Below, piece by piece: positions 56,950 to 64,000 of a stretch of 64,000 bases of DNA. The position numbers and the translations under genes are program-made. The notes beneath the pieces are model-generated. The model was not told the origin of the DNA. It searched no databases and was given only the letters and a program-made list of their open reading frames with translations. This DNA comes from Eledone cirrhosa (taxonomy: Eukaryota): positions 318,928,001-318,992,000 of the forward strand of contig OZ024740.1 of the NCBI GenBank assembly GCA_964016885.1. The letters run 5' to 3'. Positions within the stretch are counted from its first letter, which is position 1. Each line of letters begins with the position of its first letter.

Positions 56950-59900
56950 CAACTTACATTCTATGTGACATTCAAACGACTCTATCAATTCGAAGTCTTT
57001 CTACAACAATACTAACGTCAAATAATCCCGGATTGTCTCGTCCATTTCCACAACTTACATTCTATCTGACATTCTAACGACTCTACCAATTCGAAGTCTT
57101 TCTACTACAATACTAACGTCAAATAATCCAGGATTGTCTCGTCTATTTCCACAACTTACTTTTAATCTGACATTCTAACGACTCTACCAATTCGAAGTCT
57201 TTCTACTACAATACTCACAACAAATAATCCAGGATTGTATAGTCTACTTCTACAACTTACATTCTATCTGACATTCTAACGACTCTACCAATTCGAAATC
57301 TTTCTACTACAATACTCAAAACAAACAATCCAGGATTGTCTCGTCTATTTCTACAACTTACATTCTATGTGACATTCAAACGACTCTATCAATTCGAAGT
57401 CTTTCTACAACAATACTAACGTCAAATAATCCCGGATTGTCTCGTCCATTTCCACAACTTACATTCTATCTGACATTCTAACGACTCTACCAATTCGAAG
57501 TCTTTCTACTACAATACTAACTTCAAATAATCCAGGATTGTCTCGTCTACTTCTACAACTTACATTGTATCTGATATTCTAACGACTCTACCAATTCGAA
57601 GTCTTTCTACTACAATACTCACAACAAATAATCCAGGATTGTCTCGTCTATTTCCACAACTTACATTCTATCTGGCATTCTAATGACTCTACCAATTCGC
57701 TGTCTTTCTACTACCATACTCACAACAAATAATCCATATTGTCTCGTCTATTTCCACAACTTACATTCTATCTGACATTCAAACGACTCTATCAATTCGA
57801 AGTCTTGCTACTACAATACTAACGTCAAATAATCCAGGATTGTCTCGTCTATTTCCACAACTTACTTTTAATCTGACATTCTAACGACTCTACCAATTCG
57901 AAGTCTTTCTACTACAATACTCACAACAAATAATCCAGGATTGTATAGTCTATTTCTACAACTTACATTCTATCTGACATTCTAACGACTCTACCAATTC
58001 GAAGTCTTTCTGCTACAATACTCACAACAAATAATCCAGGATTGTCTCGTCTATTTCCACACCTTACATTCTATCTGACATTCTAACGACTCTACCTATT
58101 CGCTGTATTTCTACTACAATACTCACAACAAATAAACCAGCATTGCCTCGTCTATTTCCACAACTCATATTCTATCTGACATTCTAACGACTCTATCAAT
58201 TCGAAGTCTTTCTACTACAATACTAACGTCAAATAATCCAGGATCGTCTCGTCTATTTCCACAACTTACATTCTATCTGACATTCTAACGACTCTACCAA
58301 TTCGCTGTATTTCTACTACAATACTAACTTCAAATAATCCAGGATTGTCTCGTCTATTTCCACAACTTACATTCTATCTGATATTCGAACGACTCTACCA
58401 ATTCGATGTGTTTCTACTACAATACTCACAACAAATAATCCAGGATTGTCTCGTCTATCTCCAGACCTTACATTCTATCTGACATTCTACCGACTCTACC
58501 AGTTCGCTGTATTTCTACTACAATACTAACTTCAAATAATCCAGGATTGTCTCGTCTATTTCCACAACTTACATTCTATCTGACATTCAAACGACTCTAC
58601 CAATTCGAAGTCTTTCTACTACAATACTAACGTCAAATAATCCACGACTGTCTCCTCTATTTCCACAACTTACCTTCCATCTGACATTCTAACGACTCTT
58701 CCAATTCGATGTCTTTCTACTACAATACTCACAACAAATAATCCAGGATTGTATCGTCTATTTCTACAACTTACATTCTATCTGACATTCTAACGACTCT
58801 ACCAATTCGAAGTCTTTCTGCTACAATACTCACAACAAATAATCCAGGATTGTCTCGTCTATTTCTACAATTTACATTCTATCTGACAATCTAACGACTC
58901 TACCAATTCGCTGTATTTCTACTACAATACTAACTTCAAATAATCCAGGATTGTCTCATCTATTTCCACAACTTACATTCTATCTGATATTCTAACGACT
59001 CTACCAATTCGAAGTCTTTCTACTACAATATTCACAACAAATAATCCTGGATTGTCTCGTCTATTTCAACAACTTACATTCTATCTCACATTCTAACGTA
59101 TCTACCAATTCGCTGAATTTCTACTACAATACTCTCAACAAATAAACCAGGATTGTCTCGTCTATTTCCACAACTTACATTCTATCTGACATACTAACGG
59201 CTCTACCAATTGGAACTCTTTCTACTACAATACTAACTTTAAACAATCCAGGATTGTCTCGTCTATTTCCACAACTTACATTCTATCTGACATTCTAACG
59301 ACTCTACCAATTCGAAGTCTTTCTACTACAATACTAACAACAAATAATCTAGGATTGTCTCATCTATCTCCACAACTTACTTTTAATCTGACATTCTAAC
59401 GACTCTACCAATTCGAAGTCTTTCTACTACAACGCTCACAACAAATAATCCACGACTGTCTCGTCTATTTCCACAACTTACATTCTATCTGACATTCTAA
59501 CGACTCTACCCATTCGAAATCTTTCTACTACAATACTCACAACAAACAATCCAGGATTGTCTCGTCTATTTCCACAACTTACATTCTATGTGACATTCAA
59601 ACGACTCTATCAATTCGAAGTCTTTCTACTACAATATTAACGTCAAATAATCCAGGATTGTCTCGTCTATTTCCACAACTTACGTTCTATCTGACATTCT
59701 AACGACTCTACCAATTCGAATTCTTTCTATTACAATACTCACAACAAATAATCCAGGATTGTCTCGTCTATTTCCACAACTTACATTCTATCTGACATTC
59801 TAACGACTCTACGAATTCGCTGTCTTTCTACTACAATGCTCACAACAAATAATCCACGACTGTCTCGTCTATTTCCACAACTTACATTCTATCTGACATT

Positions 59901-62900
59901 CTAACGACTCTACCATTTCGAAATCTTTCTACTACAATACTCAAAACAAACAATCCAGGATTGTCTCGTCTATTTCTACAACTTACATTCTATGTGACAT
60001 TCAAACGACTCTATCAATTCGAAGTCTTTCTACAACAATACTAACGTCAAATAATCCCGGATTGTCTCGTCCATTTCCACAACTTACATTCTATCTGACA
60101 TTCTAACGACTCTACCAATTCGAAGTCTTTCTACTACAATACTAACTTCAAATAATCCAGGATTGTCTCGTCTACTTCTACAACTTACATTGTATCTGAT
60201 ATTCTAACGACTCTACCAATTCGAAGTCTTTCTACTACAATACTCACAACACATAATCCAGGATTGTCTCGTCTATTTCCACAACTTACATTCTATCTGG
60301 CATTTTAATGACTCTACCAATTCGCTGTCTTTCTACTACCATACTCACAACAAATAATCCATATTGTCTCGTCTATTTCCACAACTTACATTCTATCTGA
60401 CATTCAAACGACTCTATCAATTCGAAGTCTTTCTACTACAATACTAACGTCAAATAATCCGGGATTGTCTCGTCTATTTCCACAACTTACTTTTAATCTG
60501 ACATTCTAACGACTCTACCAATTCGAAGTCTTTCTACTACAATACTAACGTCAAATAATCCAGGATTGTCTCGTCTATTTCCACAACTTACTTTTAATCT
60601 GACATTCTAACGACTCTAACAATTCGAAGTCTTTCTACTACAATACTCACAACAAATAATCCAGGATTGTATAGTCTATTTCTACAACTTACATTCTATC
60701 TGACATTCTAACGACTCTACCAATTCGAAATCTTTCTACTACAATACTCAAAACAAACAATCCAGGATTGTCTCGTCTAATTCTACAACTTACATTCTAT
60801 GTGACATTCAAACGACTCTATCAATTCGAAGTCTTTCTACAACAATACTAACGTCAAATAATCCCGGATTGTCTCGTCCATTTCCACAACTTACATTCTA
60901 TCTGACATTCTAACGACTCTACCAATTCGAAGTCTTTCTACTACAATACTAACTTCAAATAATCCAGGATTGTCTCGTCTACTTCTACAACTTACATTGT
61001 ATCTGACATTCTAACGACTCTACCAATTCGAAGTCTTTCTACTACAATACTAACGTCAAATAATCCAGGATCGTCTCGTCTATTTCCACAACTTACATTC
61101 TATCTGACATTCTAACGACTCTACCAATTCGAAGTCTTTCTACTAAAATACTAACAACAAATAATCTAGGATTGTCTCATCTATCTCCACAACTTACATT
61201 TTCTCTGACGTTCTAACGACTCTACCAATTTGAAGTCTTTCTACTACAACGCTCACAAGAAATAATCCACGACTGTCTCGTCTATTTCCACAACTTACAT
61301 TCTATCTGACATTCTAACGACTCTACCAATTCGAAATCTTTCTACTACAATACTCACAACAAACAATCCAGGATTGTCTCGTCTATTTCTACAACTTACA
61401 TTCTATCTGACATTCTAACGACTCTACCAATTCGAAGTCTTTCTTCTACAATACTCACAACAAATAATCCAGGATTGTCTCGTCTATTTCCACACCTTAC
61501 ATTCTATCTGACATTCTAACGACTCTACCTATTCGCTGTATTTCTACTACAATACTCACAACAAATAATCCAGCATTGTCTCGTCTATTTCCACAACTCA
61601 CATTCTATCTGACATTCTAACGACTCTATCAATTCGAAGTCTTTCTACTACAATACTAACGTCAAATAATCCAGGATCGTCTCGTCTATTTCCACAACTT
61701 ACATTCTATCTGACATTCTAACGACTCTACCAATTCGAAGTCTTTCTACTACAATACTAACAACAAATAATCTAGGATTGTCTCATCTATCTCCACAACT
61801 TACATTTTCTCTGACGTTCTAACGACTCTACCAATTTGAAGTCTTTCTACTACAACGCTCACAACAAATAATCCACGACTGTCTCGTCTATTTCCACAAC
61901 TTACATTCTATCTGACATTCTAACGACTCTACCAATTCGAAATCTTTCTACTACAATACTCACAACAAACAATCCACGATTGTCTCGTCTATTTCTACAA
62001 CTTACATTCTATGTGACATTCAAACGACTCTATCAATTCGAAGTCTTTCTACTACAATACTCACAACAAATAATCCAGGATTGTCTCGTCTATTTCCACA
62101 ACTTACGTTCTATCTGACATTCTAACGACTCTACCAATTCGAATTCTTTCTATTACAATACTCACAACAAATAATCCAGGATTGTCTCGTCTATTTCCAC
62201 AACTTACATTCTATCTGACATTCTAACGACTCTACGAATTCGCTGTCTTTCTACTACAATGCTCACAACAAATAATCCACGACTGTCTCGTCTATTTCCA
62301 CAACTTACATTCTATCTGACATTCTAACGACTCTACCATTTCGAAATCTTTCTACTACAATACTCAAAACAAACAATCCAGGATTGTCTCGTCTATTTCT
62401 ACAACTTACATTCTATGTGACATTCAAACGACTCTATCAATTCGAAGTCTTTCTACAACAATACTAACGTCAAATAATCCCGGATTGTCTCGTCCATTTC
62501 CATAACTTACATTCTATCTGACATTCTAACGACTCTACCAATTCGAAATCTTTCTACTACAATACTCAAAACAAACAATCCAGGATTGTCTCGTCTATTT
62601 CTACAACTTACATTCTATGTGACATTCAAACGACTCTATCAATTCGAAGTCTTTCTACAACAATACTAACGTCAAATAATCCCGGATTGTCTCGTCCATT
62701 TCCACAACTTACATTCTATCTGACATTCTAACGACTCTACCAATTCGAAGTCTTTCTACTACAATACTAACTTCAAATAATCCAGGATTGTCTCGTCTAC
62801 TTCTACAACTTACATTGTATCTGATATTCTAACGACTCTACCAATTCGAAGTCTTTCTACTACAATACTCACAACAAATAATCCAGGATTGTCTCGTCTA

Positions 62901-63620
62901 TTTCCACAACTTACATTCTATCTGGCATTCTAATGACTCTACCAATTCGCTGTCTTTCTACTACCATACTCACAACAAATAATCCATATTGTCTCGTCTA
63001 TTTCCACAACTTACATTCTATCTGACATTCAAACGACTCTATCAATTCGAAGTCTTTCTACTACAATACTAACGTCAAATAATCCAGGATTGTCTCGTCT
63101 ATTTCCACAACTAACTTTTAATCTGACATTCTAACGACTCTACCAATTCGAAGTCTTTCTACTACAATACTCACAACAAATAATCCAGGATTGTATAGTC
63201 TATTTCTACAACTTACATTCTATCTGACATTCTAACGACTCTACCAATTCGAAGTCTTTCTGCTACAATACTCACAACAAATAATCCAGGATTGTCCCGT
63301 CTATTTCCACACCTTACATTCTATCTGACATTCTAACGACTCTACCTATTCGCTGTATTTCTACTACAATACTCACGACAAATAATCCAGCATTGCCTCG
63401 TCTATTTCCACAACTCACATTCTATCTGACATTCTAACGACTCTATCAATTCGAAGTCTTTCTACTACAATACTAACGTCAAATAATCCAGGATCGTCTC
63501 GTCTATTTCCACAACTTACATTCTATCTGACATTCTAACGACTCTACCAATTCGAAGTCTTTCTACTACAATACTAACAACAAATAATCTAGGATTGTCT
63601 CATCTATCTCCACAATTTAC
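56950..63620. repeat. Three related blocks at 26-monomer spacing with locally amplified dimers
   Basis: The private variant CTACCATACT occurs at 57711, 60336 and 62961 (spacings 2625 and 2625 = 26x101-1). AATCCCGGATT and CTTTTAATCTG variants were seen only in this region. The content between the markers is partly reshuffled. Confidence 0.8.
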
Positions 63621-64000
63621 ATTCTATCTGACATTCTAACGACTCTACCAATTCGAAGTCTTTCTACTACAATACTCACAACAAATAATCCAGGATTGTA
63701 TCGTCTATTTCCACAACTTACATTCTATCTGACATTCTAACGACTCTACCAATTCGCTGTATTTCTACTACAATACTAACTTCAAATAATCCAGGATTGT
63801 ATCGGCTATTTCTACAACTTACATCCTATCTGACATTCTAACGACTCTACCAATTCGCTGTCTTTCTACTACAATACTAACAACAGATAATCTAGGATTG
63901 TCTCGTCTATTTCCACAACTTACATTCTATCTGATATTCGAACGACTCTACCAATTCGATGTGTTTCTACTACAATACTCACAACAAATAATCCAGGATT

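Larger units (their letters stand above)
1..64000. repeat. Tandem satellite DNA array, 101-bp monomer, about 633.8 copies, single orientation (candidate centromeric/pericentromeric satellite; family not recognised)
   Basis: CAACTTACATT starts at 1, 102, 203 and onward (period 101). The last monomer starts at 63916, a net drift of -18 bp over 633 monomers, which matches the sum of the small indels I counted. No non-repeat sequence or inversion was seen, and the array runs off both window ends. The centromeric assignment is inference only. Confidence 0.98.

Noticed and set aside
1-64000. CRISPR-like or diversity-cassette array (conserved tracts alternating with variable slots)
   Set aside because: The variable slots are 5-6-bp recurrent alleles of one homologous sequence, not unique spacers. 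No leader, cas or recombinase genes are present in the window.

Overview
The whole 64 kb window is one uninterrupted head-to-tail tandem satellite array of a 101-bp monomer: 633 full monomers plus 85 bp, all in one orientation. By-eye consensus: CAACTTACATTCTATCTGACATTCTAACGACTCTACCAATTCGAAGTCTTTCTACTACAATACTCACAACAAATAATCCAGGATTGTCTCGTCTATTTCCA (about 36% GC; 28 C versus 8 G on the + strand). I see no genes, RNA genes, transposon insertions or CRISPR array, and the eight ORFs in the track are chance read-throughs of the repeat. The organisation is typical of eukaryotic centromeric or pericentromeric satellite DNA, but I cannot identify the family or the organism from the sequence. The interest is architectural. 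Variation is concentrated in a few multi-allelic cassettes, and an ancestral ordered string of about 11-12 monomer types is reused throughout. Nested recent segmental duplications (12 to 69 monomers) have offsets that are whole monomer counts, and some variants are restricted to one region. Inside the monomer there is a roughly 10-bp TA periodicity and an AATCC-N-GGATT dyad. I do not find support for a novel protein-coding system. Block boundaries are approximate (about one monomer) and counts were made by eye.
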